Assembly: GCA_964591245.1 (NCBI GenBank)
Contig: CAZPZZ010000001.1
Span: 1 to 59,835 of the forward strand
DNA length: 59,835 nucleotides
Direction: 5' to 3'
Source: an uncultured Vicinamibacteraceae bacterium
GTDB taxonomy: Bacteria > Acidobacteriota > Vicinamibacteria > Vicinamibacterales > UBA8438
Translations under genes and position numbers: made by a program
Part shown: one piece after another, positions 28,736 through 38,700 of the stretch
How positions within the stretch are numbered: the first letter of the stretch is position 1
How the letters are laid out: every line of letters begins with the position of its first letter
The notes under the pieces: model-generated
What the model saw: the letters and a program-made list of their open reading frames with translations, nothing else
Told to the model about the DNA's origin: nothing
The model's database searches: none

Positions 28736-29767
28736 CTACTGGCCGTCTGTCGACGCCGCCGCGTCGAGGACGCGCTGCCCGCCCAGTGCGTTAGGTACCG
28801 CATAATTCCCTTCGTGGCAGGCATACTCGAACAACTGGTAATCAGGCTCTTCCGTCAAGGGCATGGAGATTCTCCAGGGCCGCGTGTAGACGTTCGGGTC
28901 TTCAATATCGACCGTCCACATGATCGTGTCCTGGGACACGCGCTCGAATCTCTCCACGACGGAGAGCGCCTTACTCGTGGGAATGCCCTTCAACCGCGCG
29001 CCAGCTCCACTTGAGGCAATCCAACCACGATTGTGGAAATTCTTCGTCTCCACGACCAGCACATCTCCATCCCAGTACGCACGCGCATCTCCCATCCATT
29101 GTCTGATGCGATCATCGATGAAGGGTTGATCCGCCAATGGAATGATCCGAACGTCATGAATCATCTCGTGGTAGATGGCGATGACGTCAGACGTTTGCAC
29201 GATCCGATAGGCGTTGTTGTAGCCGGCGGGAAGCATCGAGCCCGGGACGCCACGCGAGAGACAGCGATCCCACACGCTCATATGCTGATAATGATCGCCG
29301 TTGTGAGCCAGGTTGTAGGCCTTGGCTTCCAGCGCCCACTCTTTGATAGGAGCTCGCCCGCTGGGCGGATCGACGATCAAGGACGTCTGCCCCGTCGAGA
29401 GCACAGTGTCGCCGGCGTCAAGCCAGTAGCTTCCGTAACCACCAACATTCCCACCGGCCGCATACCGCTGCGCCGGAGCATCGTCTCGCGCTTGCTCGTC
29501 GACGACACGTTGCTGATTGATCGCAGCTACCTCTTCATCCGTAAGAAACGCTCGATCTCCAGCGGCATCGGGTCTCTCCATCGGCGTCAGTGTCTTGTTT
29601 CCCCAGAGTCCCTGGAGATCCGGCTGACCATCCGCGGTTCGCGGTGTCTCCCACGACGGATCGACAACCCGCTCCAGCTGGGCAATCGCCGGCGAAGCGC
29701 CGACGAGCAAACCGGCAACCATGACAATGACCACGGCCATAACGGATCGGGTGATATGTGTCTGCAT
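28736..29767 (-). CDS. Uncharacterised exported protein, 'EYACHEGNY' family, paralog 2
   Basis: PRTADGQPDLQGLW, TSLIVDPPSGR, DRCLSRG, EMIHDVRIIPL, WMGDARAYWDGDVLVVET and FEYACHEGNY. ATG 29767 after AAGGAG. Confidence 0.8.
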   Translation of the reverse strand: MQTHITRSVMAVVIVMVAGLLVGASPAIAQLERVVDPSWETPRTADGQPDLQGLWGNKTLTPMERPDAAGDRAFLTDEEVAAINQQRVVDEQARDDAPAQRYAAGGNVGGYGSYWLDAGDTVLSTGQTSLIVDPPSGRAPIKEWALEAKAYNLAHNGDHYQHMSVWDRCLSRGVPGSMLPAGYNNAYRIVQTSDVIAIYHEMIHDVRIIPLADQPFIDDRIRQWMGDARAYWDGDVLVVETKNFHNRGWIASSGAGARLKGIPTSKALSVVERFERVSQDTIMWTVDIEDPNVYTRPWRISMPLTEEPDYQLFEYACHEGNYAVPNALGGQRVLDAAASTDGQ

Positions 29768-29914
29768 ACAGTTACTCCTTGGTATGTGGCTTCGCACAAG
29801 TGAACGCTTGGACGACGCGAACTGTCGTGACCCCAGCCTCCAGAACGGCGTCAATGACCTCACTCTGCGCCGCCGACGCGCCAGGGGTGAAGCATTGCCA
29901 GCACGTCGCTCTGG

Positions 29915-31714
29915 CTAGTCTGGCAGTGCAAAAACGAACAAATTGTTCCCGTTACTCGGGCGTAACTCAGGCGTTAACTGGAGAAAACTCGGGGTCGTCG
30001 CGGCACCGCCGGTGCTCACCGCGAGATACTGACGGCCTTCGACCGAGAAACTGATCGGGAACCCGCTGACTGGGGAGCCAAGGTTGATCTCCCAGAGGAC
30101 ATCACCAGTATCCTGATCGAATGCTCGGAACCGGCCATTCGCATCTCCCCCGAAGACCAACCGTCCTCCAGTGGCTACGAGCGACAAGGTTGCAGCCCGC
30201 TGCTCGTGTAACCAGGTCGTCCGACCGGTCTCAGCCGAAATGGCGTATACGGCACCAAGTTGCTCGGTTCCTGGGGCTAACTCATGACGGACAGCCAACG
30301 CATAGATTCGATGAGAGGCCTCGGGCGAGGTGGTCGCCAACAATCGCTGACACATATTTCTCAACGGGAAGTACATGGTGTTCGTCAAGGGGCTATAGGC
30401 GCCAGCTTCCCAATCCTTCCCCCCGTGCATATTCGGACACGCCAGCACCTGCTGTCCTTCCGCGCTGAAAATGACCTCGGCGTTCTCGGTGACCGTCCCG
30501 GTCACGCCGTCAATGTCGCTCACGACGTTCTGCGCAATGGTAGGGGTGGCCCAGAGGAATTCACCCGTCTCGCGGTCAAGCGTATACACGAGACCGGTCT
30601 TGCCCGGAATCCCCGTCATGACCTTCCGCACCTCCCCTGGCTGGATTCGCGGGTTGATCCAGCTTACCGCCTCTGGATCCGGTGCTACCGCGGTGTCAAG
30701 GAGGAGACGCTCGAATGGATGATCAAGATCCCAATGATCGTTCAAGTGCTGATAATGCCACCGGATCTCACCGGTCTCCACATCGAGGGCCAGCGTTGAA
30801 TTGTGATACAGATGCGTATTCTCGATTCCCCCCAGCATGAACTTCGGAGCCGGTGAGGTCACTGACGTCCCCTGATAAATGAGTCGCAGTTCGGGGTCGT
30901 AACTCGCAGGCATCCAGGTTCCGACGTGCACCCGATCTTCATAAGGAACATCTCCCCATGTCTCATCCCCGGGTTCACCCGGCGCCGGAACGGTTCGACG
31001 TCGCCATAACTCCTGTCCAGTCAAAGCATCATGGGCCACGATGACACAGGACTCTGGCCCCCCGGCGGGTCGACAGCTCCGCCCCGAGATGACTTTCCCT
31101 GCCGCAATGATCGGTCCGGAACTGTGCCCCGCCGGTGTCACCTGGTAATCGAAGATCTGGGTCTCCCAGGCGATCTCACCCGTTGTCGCATCCAGACCGA
31201 AGACGTAATTGTCATCGCTCGTGTTGATGATGAACCGATCGAAGATGGCGATGTTCCGGTTGTTACGAGCATTACCACCCACGAAGTCATACACATCATC
31301 TGGCAGATCCCGACGATGCGCCCACTTCAAGTCGCCAGTCACGGCGTCTATGGCTTCGATCACGTCGCTGGCCTGCGGCATATAGAGGACACCGTCATAG
31401 GCCAGTGGCGTCCCTTCCTGACGGCCTGGCGCCAACGCCCGAGTCCACACGAGACGCAACTGGTCGACATTGTCCCGCGTGATCTGATCGAGCGGACTGT
31501 ACCCCCACCCGTCCAACGTCCGCCGCCACATCAACCAATCGCCCGGCGCCGGCTCCTCGAGCATGGCATCGGTCACAGGGGTGAAGGGAGTTCCAGTCTC
31601 CGTTTGCGCAACGGCCAGCGATGGCACGCACCAGATGACCGCAAGAGCGATACCGGATACCGACGCACACCGTGCCGCATGCCTGAAAATCGTACGCACC
31701 GTCAGCATGACCAT
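29915..31714 (-). CDS. PQQ-dependent dehydrogenase-like protein (alcohol/sugar DH family, no vicinal Cys-Cys)
   Basis: DWLMWRRT, EGTPLAYDG, NNRN, GTWMPASYD, NDHWDLDHPFE, GGKDW and GSPVSGFP. ATG 31714 after GAGG. Confidence 0.8.
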   Translation of the reverse strand: MVMLTVRTIFRHAARCASVSGIALAVIWCVPSLAVAQTETGTPFTPVTDAMLEEPAPGDWLMWRRTLDGWGYSPLDQITRDNVDQLRLVWTRALAPGRQEGTPLAYDGVLYMPQASDVIEAIDAVTGDLKWAHRRDLPDDVYDFVGGNARNNRNIAIFDRFIINTSDDNYVFGLDATTGEIAWETQIFDYQVTPAGHSSGPIIAAGKVISGRSCRPAGGPESCVIVAHDALTGQELWRRRTVPAPGEPGDETWGDVPYEDRVHVGTWMPASYDPELRLIYQGTSVTSPAPKFMLGGIENTHLYHNSTLALDVETGEIRWHYQHLNDHWDLDHPFERLLLDTAVAPDPEAVSWINPRIQPGEVRKVMTGIPGKTGLVYTLDRETGEFLWATPTIAQNVVSDIDGVTGTVTENAEVIFSAEGQQVLACPNMHGGKDWEAGAYSPLTNTMYFPLRNMCQRLLATTSPEASHRIYALAVRHELAPGTEQLGAVYAISAETGRTTWLHEQRAATLSLVATGGRLVFGGDANGRFRAFDQDTGDVLWEINLGSPVSGFPISFSVEGRQYLAVSTGGAATTPSFLQLTPELRPSNGNNLFVFALPD

Positions 31715-31758
31715 CCCAACCTCAGAGCGAGACGCGTAAATTCGCACGTCGCGCCGCC

Positions 31759-32760
31759 TTACGAATCGTTCGCGATCTCGTCGTAAAACGACAAGAAGTC
31801 TGCCGGGGCCTCGCCCGCCCGCATCTCCATAGCCGCTCGCGGATGGAGATTCAGCTGGCCAGTGATGTTATAGGGCACCAGCGGCCCCCATTCGACGGTC
31901 TCTTGTATCGCTGGCATCTGCTCCTGCAGGAGACGGATAACCGGACGTAGCTTGAATTTTGGATTCCTCAAGAATCCAAGCAAGAGCTCCATTGGACAAT
32001 TTCCGGCGCCGCGTCCCAGCCCGGCCATCGTGGCATCGGCCCGGTTCGAGCCCAAGACGATCGCTTCGATGGTGTTCGCGAACGCGAGCTGTAAATTGTT
32101 GTGTGCGTGAATCCCGATCTCTTTGCCCGTACCTTCCATGGCATCGGCATATTTTCGATACAGCCTGTCAATCTGCTCCCTGTACAGGTGTCCGAAACTA
32201 TCCACGATTACCATCGTGCCAGCCGGTGTCGGCGCAATCGCTTCGAGAACAGTATCGATCTCCTCTTCAGTGATGTTCGACACTGCCATCAAGTTGGCCA
32301 TCGTCTGATAGCCCTGCTCGTGCGCGTGGTGAATCATATCCACCGCTTCCGGCACCTGATGCGCATAGAACGCAACCCGGATCATCCCCAACACGCTTTC
32401 TGTCGCTGGACCGATACTCGTCTTCCAGTCGCTCTTCCCGGCGTCAGCCATTGCCGAGAGTGTCAGTCCGATGGCTTCAGCATCATGATCTCCCACTACA
32501 CGCCGCATGTCTTCCTCACGGCAATGCCGCCAGTTACCGAACCGGTCCCGCGGAAACAACCGCTCCGAGTTCTTGTAACCGATCTCCATGGTGTCAACAC
32601 CGGCCGCAATACAGGTGTCGTACACCGCGCGGACAAACTCGTCGCTGAATTGGTGGTCGTTGATGAGGCCACCGTCTCGAACCGTACAATCGAGAACTTT
32701 TAACTCTGGACGATACATTAGCCAGGGGGCTTTTTCCGACGTACTCTGCTGCTCGCTCAT
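31759..32760 (-). CDS. DRE-TIM metallolyase, HMGL-like / 4-hydroxy-2-oxovalerate-aldolase-like
   Basis: DCTVRDGG, MEIGY, IVDSFG, HAHNN and GLGRGAGN. Start moved to ATG 32760. Confidence 0.82.
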   Translation of the reverse strand: MSEQQSTSEKAPWLMYRPELKVLDCTVRDGGLINDHQFSDEFVRAVYDTCIAAGVDTMEIGYKNSERLFPRDRFGNWRHCREEDMRRVVGDHDAEAIGLTLSAMADAGKSDWKTSIGPATESVLGMIRVAFYAHQVPEAVDMIHHAHEQGYQTMANLMAVSNITEEEIDTVLEAIAPTPAGTMVIVDSFGHLYREQIDRLYRKYADAMEGTGKEIGIHAHNNLQLAFANTIEAIVLGSNRADATMAGLGRGAGNCPMELLLGFLRNPKFKLRPVIRLLQEQMPAIQETVEWGPLVPYNITGQLNLHPRAAMEMRAGEAPADFLSFYDEIANDS

Positions 32761-32834
32761 TGCTAAATTTGCACCTATTATCTTCAGTAGAACCTGAAAT
32801 GATGACAGTCTCAGCAGGAATTGACAAGCACCGC

Positions 32835-33599
32835 TCACCGCCCCAACGCACCTCCCACAGCAGGTGGAAACAGCTCGGCCACATCGCCTTCAAGCCGCAA
32901 CGCCACCTCTGCACGACCATCATGGTCAGTTGCCCCGCGGTTCACCACGACATACGCAACCCCGCGCTGCGCCGCCGTGAGCGGAAGCTGCGCCGCCGGA
33001 TACACGGATAAGGTCGTTCCCAATGCGACCACAAGGTCAGTCTCACGCACCGCGGCCGTTGCCCGTTGCATATCCTCCGGATTCAGGGACTGCCCGAAAC
33101 TGATGGTTGCGGGCTTCAGGTATCCGCCACACGCGCAATACGGCGCCTGACGCATCTCGGCGAATCGAACCATATGCGCGTCGGGATCACTACGCCGGTG
33201 GCAACGCATACATTCGACAGCCGTGTTCGTCCCGTGCAGCTCCACCAAACGTTCATCAGACGTTCCGGCCAGGCGGTGGAGCCCATCAATATTCTGGGTG
33301 ATGACCATACACAGCTTGCCAGCATCTTCCAGGTCCACAATGGACCGGTGTACCGTGTTGGGCCGCGCCTCGCGGAAAGAGGGCCACGCCTCGTACTTTT
33401 GATCCCAGTACTCGATACGGGCCGCCTCCGACGTCATGAAATCATCGAAATACACTGGCTGGCGTTCTTTCCAGACACCCTGCGGACCACGAAAATCTCG
33501 AATGCCGCTCGGGGTTGACACACCCGCTCCAGTGAATACCAAGACGCGCGCCGCCTCGCGCAACAACTCGACGAGGTCCATGGCAACATTCCCACTCAC
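32835..33599 (-). CDS. cobB: Sir2-family NAD-dependent protein deacylase
   Basis: TGAGVSTPSGIRDFRG, ITQNIDGLH, ELHG, Zn ligands CMRC/CAC, LKP..I.FGQ, GTTLSVYPAA and VN. Confidence 0.9.
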   Translation of the reverse strand: MSGNVAMDLVELLREAARVLVFTGAGVSTPSGIRDFRGPQGVWKERQPVYFDDFMTSEAARIEYWDQKYEAWPSFREARPNTVHRSIVDLEDAGKLCMVITQNIDGLHRLAGTSDERLVELHGTNTAVECMRCHRRSDPDAHMVRFAEMRQAPYCACGGYLKPATISFGQSLNPEDMQRATAAVRETDLVVALGTTLSVYPAAQLPLTAAQRGVAYVVVNRGATDHDGRAEVALRLEGDVAELFPPAVGGALGR

Positions 33600-33671
33600 G
33601 ATTCACCTGGGATCACGAGGGCGTAACGGCGCGCCGGCCCGCCGCTTCGCGAGCACGGCCCCACAACTCCT

Positions 33672-35672
33672 CTACTCTGTTCTCGGTAGCGCGAGCGCCA
33701 CATACTCACTGGGCATGTCTTCCCAACCGAGCGTGACGAGAATAAATTGCTGACCGTCGATCATGTAGGTCATAGGTGCAGCCGTCGTCCCGCCGGGCAA
33801 CGCCACCTCACCCACGACCGCGCCAGTCAATTTGTCGTACGCACGCAACGACTTCCCTCCGGCTCCTCCCCAAATCGGGTTGAGCACAACCACGCCAGTA
33901 TTCCCTCCCTCGCCGAGAATGACCAATGACCGCGTCACGAGCGGAGAAACTCGGCCCGGCTGCCCCAGATCGGGCAGATCTAAATGCTGCAGGGCTGGAT
34001 GGTCGACAGGCCCACGACCGTTCGGGACAGACCACAGAATCTCTCCAGCGTTCAAGTCGATCGCGACAAGCCGGCCGTATGGGGGTTTGAACAATGGTAG
34101 GTCCCGGGGGCCCTCGACGGCCGCCAAGGACCGCACCACGATCTCCATATCAGATCGGGGATGCTCAGACTGAACCAGTCCGATCACTGATTCGCTGTGC
34201 ACCGAGGGCACGTAGAGAATCCCCGTCTCAGGATCAACTGCCGCCCCGCCCCAGTCCGCACCGCCGACAACGCCTGGCATCTGGAGGGTGCCTTGCGTCC
34301 CCCCCGCATTCTCGCCGACCAAAGAAGGCGGCGTAAACAACGGTCCACTGACGTAGCGGTCGAAGATCACCAAAGCCTCGCGCCGAAGCTCCGGGGTGAA
34401 ATCGATCAGATCGTCGACGCCCGTACCCTGCTGATCGAATGCGGGTGGTTTCGTCGGAAACGGCTGGGTCGCAGCGTACCATTCCCCCGGAACGTTACCC
34501 TGAAGCACCTGACGCTCCTCAATCGGCCAGATCGGCTCACCGGTCGCCCGATCAAGGACGTAGGTAAAGGCTTGCTTACTCACAGCAGCCACCGCCTCAA
34601 TCCTGCGACCGTCGACCTCAATATCGATCAAATTCGGCGCCGCCGGAAAGTCGTAGTCCCAGATACCATGGTGCACGGCCTGGAAATGCCAGACCCGTTC
34701 GCCTGTGCGCGCGTCAAGACAGACGATTGCTTCCGCAAATAAATTGTCGCCGGGCCGATAACCACCGTAATAGTCGTTTGTAGGCGTCGACAACGGCACA
34801 TAGACGTAGCCCAATTCTTCATCTCCGCTCGCCCAAGCCCACATATTCGTGTTGCCGCTGTATTCCCATGAGGGCCGATCCTGATCGAGCGCAGTGAGCC
34901 ATGTTTCATTTCCCAGTTCCCCGTCCCGGGGAATCGTATGAAAGATCCACAACTGTTCGCCCGTGCGCACGTCGAAACCACGCACATCACCGGGCGGCAT
35001 CTCCTTCATCGCTGGCATCGTTGGATTCGTCACGTCGGAAATGGCCGACCCAATGATGATCACGTCGTTAACCACAATCGGAGGCGATCCCCAGCCGAAC
35101 GTCTCAACCGTACGGTCGTCATATCCGAGACGCAGGTCCACCTCACCCCCTTTGCCGAAACCTTCTTCGCGCACCCCCGTTTCCGCGTCCAGGGCAACCA
35201 GGTACGGCCCGACAACACCGACAACCCGCGCTTCCTCGCTCCGTGGATCCATCCAGTACGCGAGCCCGCGCGTTTGCCGAACACGCTGAAATGCCTCACC
35301 GTCACGTGGAGGCGGCGCATCGTGCCACAGGAGTTCCCCCGTCCTGGCATCGAGCGCAGCAACGGTGCCGAGCCCCGTACTGATGAAGAGCCGACCACCG
35401 ACCATCAGTGGCGTGTTCTGCGATGCCACCGACGCGCGCACCTCGCGGTCGCCCCGAACAACCTCTGGCAGTACAGACTGACGCCACACGATTTCGAGGT
35501 CGGAGAAATTTTCCGCATTAATCTGCTCAAGCGGCGAGTACTTTGTCCCTTCGACGTCCCGACCGTACGCGGGCCACTCGACCGTCTGCGCCGAAACGGC
35601 AGCCAGGCCTCCCATCATCAACACGCAGCTACATGCGAACACTTGAATCGACAACTTCCCGTTTGGGCTCAT
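33672..35672 (-). CDS. PQQ-dependent quinoprotein glucose-dehydrogenase-like enzyme, soluble exported form
   Basis: EWPAYGRD..GTKYSPL.QIN, NTPLMVGG, SPPIV, PPGDVRGFD, HHGIWDYD, GGADWGG, KPPYG and APMTY. Confidence 0.85.
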   Translation of the reverse strand: MSPNGKLSIQVFACSCVLMMGGLAAVSAQTVEWPAYGRDVEGTKYSPLEQINAENFSDLEIVWRQSVLPEVVRGDREVRASVASQNTPLMVGGRLFISTGLGTVAALDARTGELLWHDAPPPRDGEAFQRVRQTRGLAYWMDPRSEEARVVGVVGPYLVALDAETGVREEGFGKGGEVDLRLGYDDRTVETFGWGSPPIVVNDVIIIGSAISDVTNPTMPAMKEMPPGDVRGFDVRTGEQLWIFHTIPRDGELGNETWLTALDQDRPSWEYSGNTNMWAWASGDEELGYVYVPLSTPTNDYYGGYRPGDNLFAEAIVCLDARTGERVWHFQAVHHGIWDYDFPAAPNLIDIEVDGRRIEAVAAVSKQAFTYVLDRATGEPIWPIEERQVLQGNVPGEWYAATQPFPTKPPAFDQQGTGVDDLIDFTPELRREALVIFDRYVSGPLFTPPSLVGENAGGTQGTLQMPGVVGGADWGGAAVDPETGILYVPSVHSESVIGLVQSEHPRSDMEIVVRSLAAVEGPRDLPLFKPPYGRLVAIDLNAGEILWSVPNGRGPVDHPALQHLDLPDLGQPGRVSPLVTRSLVILGEGGNTGVVVLNPIWGGAGGKSLRAYDKLTGAVVGEVALPGGTTAAPMTYMIDGQQFILVTLGWEDMPSEYVALALPRTE

Positions 35673-35883
35673 CCCACCATCCTTACCTAGACCACACCGA
35701 GAACACTACCCATTGCCCGGGCCACTCCGCGTATGCAGAGCACATCCAGCCCCAATCGCACACGGTACTACAGTCGAAGCACGGCGCATCCACATGCCAA
35801 GGCGTCCCCGCGTGCCGCACGTCTGCATCCCCCTCATCTCAGTTCCGCCTAGATCGTCCCCGTTGGGGCTCCGGTCACCGCGG

Positions 35884-35912
35884 TTGACGGCGCACGTCCA
35901 CGGTAAGATGAT
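35884..35912 (+). promoter_or_regulatory. Putative sigma70-type promoter
   Basis: TTGACG-N17-GATGAT, ending 37 bp upstream of the AAGGAGGT-preceded ATG at 35950. Confidence 0.4.
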
Positions 35913-35949
35913 TCCAGTTACGTGAACACGAATTTCCAAGGAGGTCACC

Positions 35950-36966
35950 ATGACGGTCCGAAACCTGTCGCCGTCGGTCGCATGCTCGGTACTACTCGCC
36001 CTCGTCCTGCTGCCGATAGAAACGATGGCCCAATCCAACGAAGGCTCGCCCTCCCCACGCACTGCCTGGGGGGCGCCCGACTTAAACGGCGTCTGGGATT
36101 TCCGGACGCTCACCCCCTTCGAACGACCAGAAGATCTCTCTGATCAATCCCTGTTCACCGCGGAAGAAGCGGCCGCATTCGAGGCGGATCGACTCGCCGC
36201 CTTTGCCGTGCGTGACGACCAGGAACCGGCTGACGGAGTGGGGAACTACAACCAATTCTGGTTCGATCCGGGGAACAAGCTCAGCGTCACAAACCAGACA
36301 TCTCTCGTCATCGACCCTCCATCTGGCCGCGTCCCTCCCTTGACGACAGAGGCCTCCGCAGCGCAAGCGGCACGACAACAGGCACGTGAGGGAATCGACC
36401 GGCACTCACCCACCTACGGCGGATGGGTCGAAGATCTTGGCTCTGGGATGTTCGCGGTACGGTGCATCCTCGGCTTCAACTCTGGCCCACCGATGACCCC
36501 AGGAGGCTACAACCAGAACGTCCAACTACTCCAGACGGAGGACCATGTGGTTCTGGTCAACGAGATGGTGCACAGTTCTCGTATCATTCCGCTGGATGGA
36601 CGCCCGCACGCACCGGATGACCTTCGCCAATGGATGGGTGATTCGCGGGGCCACTGGGAGGGCGACACGTTGGTGGTTGAAACCACGAACTTCCGCAGAG
36701 AAACAAGCTTCCGGGGCGGGGTGACCACCGAGTCGCTCAATCTGGTCGAACGCTTTACCCGAGCCGACGACAACACGCTCATGTATGAAGTCACGGTCGA
36801 AGATCCCAACGCCTGGGCACAACCCTGGACATACCGGATCCCGATGGTCACGAACAGCCAGCCGCTGTACGAGTACGCCTGTCACGAAGGAAACTACGGA
36901 CTCTACAACATCCTGGCCGGGGCGCGTGAGGAGGAAGCCGCGGCAGAGGCCGACTCACGTCCGTAA
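35950..36966 (+). CDS. Uncharacterised exported protein, 'EYACHEGNY' family, paralog 3
   Basis: PRTAWGAPDLNGVWDFRT, YNQFW, RCILGFNSGPP, NEMVHSSRIIPLDG and YEYACHEGNY; strong RBS. Confidence 0.85.
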   Translation: MTVRNLSPSVACSVLLALVLLPIETMAQSNEGSPSPRTAWGAPDLNGVWDFRTLTPFERPEDLSDQSLFTAEEAAAFEADRLAAFAVRDDQEPADGVGNYNQFWFDPGNKLSVTNQTSLVIDPPSGRVPPLTTEASAAQAARQQAREGIDRHSPTYGGWVEDLGSGMFAVRCILGFNSGPPMTPGGYNQNVQLLQTEDHVVLVNEMVHSSRIIPLDGRPHAPDDLRQWMGDSRGHWEGDTLVVETTNFRRETSFRGGVTTESLNLVERFTRADDNTLMYEVTVEDPNAWAQPWTYRIPMVTNSQPLYEYACHEGNYGLYNILAGAREEEAAAEADSRP

Positions 36967-37338
36967 CGTCACACGTCGACTCTAGCCGTGCTCTGGTCTC
37001 CTCGGCTTGCCCCACGACAAGTTCGTGGACGAATGGATAATGTCGCACTTGTAACCGACGCGTCTCCGCCTGGTGGGTCTGTGCCCTTCTCTGCGCGGGA
37101 AGACGGACTGAAGGTTCCAACGATTGTCTAGACGTCCAGTTCTTTCTTGTTCCGGGCCGCCGAGGAGGCAACGCCGGCCGAACGACTCGAACGTGCCGGT
37201 TCTCACCAGCGCAGAGGAGGTAACCGAATTCCCTCGCTGACCGCGTCTGCCCCCGAAACCGCGGCCCAGACCTTCCCCAGCGCCGCAGCGATCGCGAGTA
37301 TCATCTCCCCCGCATTCATCCCCAGGAGTCTGCCGAGT

Positions 37339-38700
37339 ATGCCCACCGGATCATCGTCTACCTCGAGAAGCTTTGGATTTGTCGCAGTCGCGGCATTGGT
37401 GCTCACAACACACCTAGACGCTCAAGAGTGGCCGCAGTGGCGCGGCGCCGAGCGCCGGGCTCATTGGCAAGAAACCGGTATCGTGCAGCGCTTCCCAGAA
37501 GAGGGGCTCTCCGTCACCTGGCGTGTACCCATCAGATCGGGATACGCCGGACCGGCGGTAGCCGGGGGTCGGGTCTTTGTGCTCGACTGGGAGCAAGACG
37601 CTACCTCCAGGACGTTCGACGGTACTGAACGGCTGATCGTGCTGGACGAAACCACGGGAACGGTGGCGTGGAGTTACGAATGGCAAACGTCGTACCGGAG
37701 CCTCATGAGCTCCTATGCCATCGGCCCTAGGGCGACGCCGACCGTCGACGAAGATCGCGTGTACGTCGTAGGAGCCACGGGCCGTCTTTTTTGCCTCGAC
37801 GTCGAGACCGGGACCTTGCAATGGGAGAGAGATTTTGTAGCAGACTACGGGCTCTCTCTCACGCCATGGGGTGTCGCCGGCGCACCGCTCGTCGACGGCG
37901 ACCATCTCATCGCGGTTGTCGGTGGCGAACCAGACGCCCTTGTTGTCGCCTTTGACAAGCACACGGGAAGAGAGCGCTGGCGAGCGCTTGAGGTCATAAG
38001 CGAAGCCGGATACGGCCAGCCGGTCATCTACGAGGCCGGAGGCGCCAGACAGCTCATCGTGTGGCATCCCACGGGCTTGGCATCGCTGGCCCCCGAAACA
38101 GGGACGCTCTATTGGGAACACGCATTTGACACAAGGGACGGCATCACGATCGCAACGCCAGTGCAGAGTGGGCCCTATCTCCTCGTGACCAGCCTCTACA
38201 ACGGGTCGCTCATGATGCGACTCAACAGCGATCGCCCTGCCGCCGAGCAACTTTGGACAGGATCGAGCCGCAGCTATGAAGCCGACCAGACAGACGGCCT
38301 ACACTCGATGACCACGACGCCCATCCTGGTTGGGGATCATTTCTACGGCGTCGGCGCGCACGGCGAGCTGCGGGGACTGGATGCACGGACTGGTGAACGA
38401 CTCTGGATGAGCGATCAAATGACCGCACAGGCAACGTACGCCACGGCCTTCTTCGTCCGCCATGAGGACCGATTTTTCGTGAATACCGATGATGGCAACC
38501 TTATCATCGCGCAGTTCACGCCAGGCGGGTACATCGAGCAAGACCGTGTGCCGCTCATTGCGCCGACCTCCAGACCTGCGCGTGGGCACGGCCCAGATCG
38601 TCTCGTGAATTGGGTGCACCCGGCCTACGCCAACGGTCACGTGGTCCAACGCAATGACAGGGAGATTCTACGTGCGTCACTCCGCGCGGTCGATTACTAG
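37339..38700 (+). CDS. PQQ-binding-like beta-propeller repeat protein, exported
   Basis: EWPQWRG, SGYAGPAV, GPRATPTVD, GAPLVDG and YGQP; ATG 37339 after AGGAG. Its stop shares CTAG (38697-38700) with the convergent gene. Confidence 0.8.
   Translation: MPTGSSSTSRSFGFVAVAALVLTTHLDAQEWPQWRGAERRAHWQETGIVQRFPEEGLSVTWRVPIRSGYAGPAVAGGRVFVLDWEQDATSRTFDGTERLIVLDETTGTVAWSYEWQTSYRSLMSSYAIGPRATPTVDEDRVYVVGATGRLFCLDVETGTLQWERDFVADYGLSLTPWGVAGAPLVDGDHLIAVVGGEPDALVVAFDKHTGRERWRALEVISEAGYGQPVIYEAGGARQLIVWHPTGLASLAPETGTLYWEHAFDTRDGITIATPVQSGPYLLVTSLYNGSLMMRLNSDRPAAEQLWTGSSRSYEADQTDGLHSMTTTPILVGDHFYGVGAHGELRGLDARTGERLWMSDQMTAQATYATAFFVRHEDRFFVNTDDGNLIIAQFTPGGYIEQDRVPLIAPTSRPARGHGPDRLVNWVHPAYANGHVVQRNDREILRASLRAVDY

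Noticed and set aside
29915-35672. D-x-D motifs in the other PQQ enzymes as lanthanide signatures
   Set aside because: These enzymes lack the ADH-type vicinal Cys-Cys, and glucose-DH-type quinoproteins normally have WDxD, so the motif is not diagnostic here.
37180-37196. T-loop-like GTTCGAGTC on the minus strand, suggesting a tRNA
   Set aside because: No acceptor stem, D-arm or anticodon arm could be built, and there is no CCA end.
37147-37338. N-terminal extension of the 37147 ORF, and the small minus-strand ORFs 36982-37206 and 37203-37406
   Set aside because: A good RBS and signal peptide support ATG 37339. The small ORFs have no recognisable motif, and TGA read-through gives no selenoprotein-like context.
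38697-38700. Shared CTAG stop overlap of convergent genes
   Set aside because: This is a common compact arrangement with no further signal.
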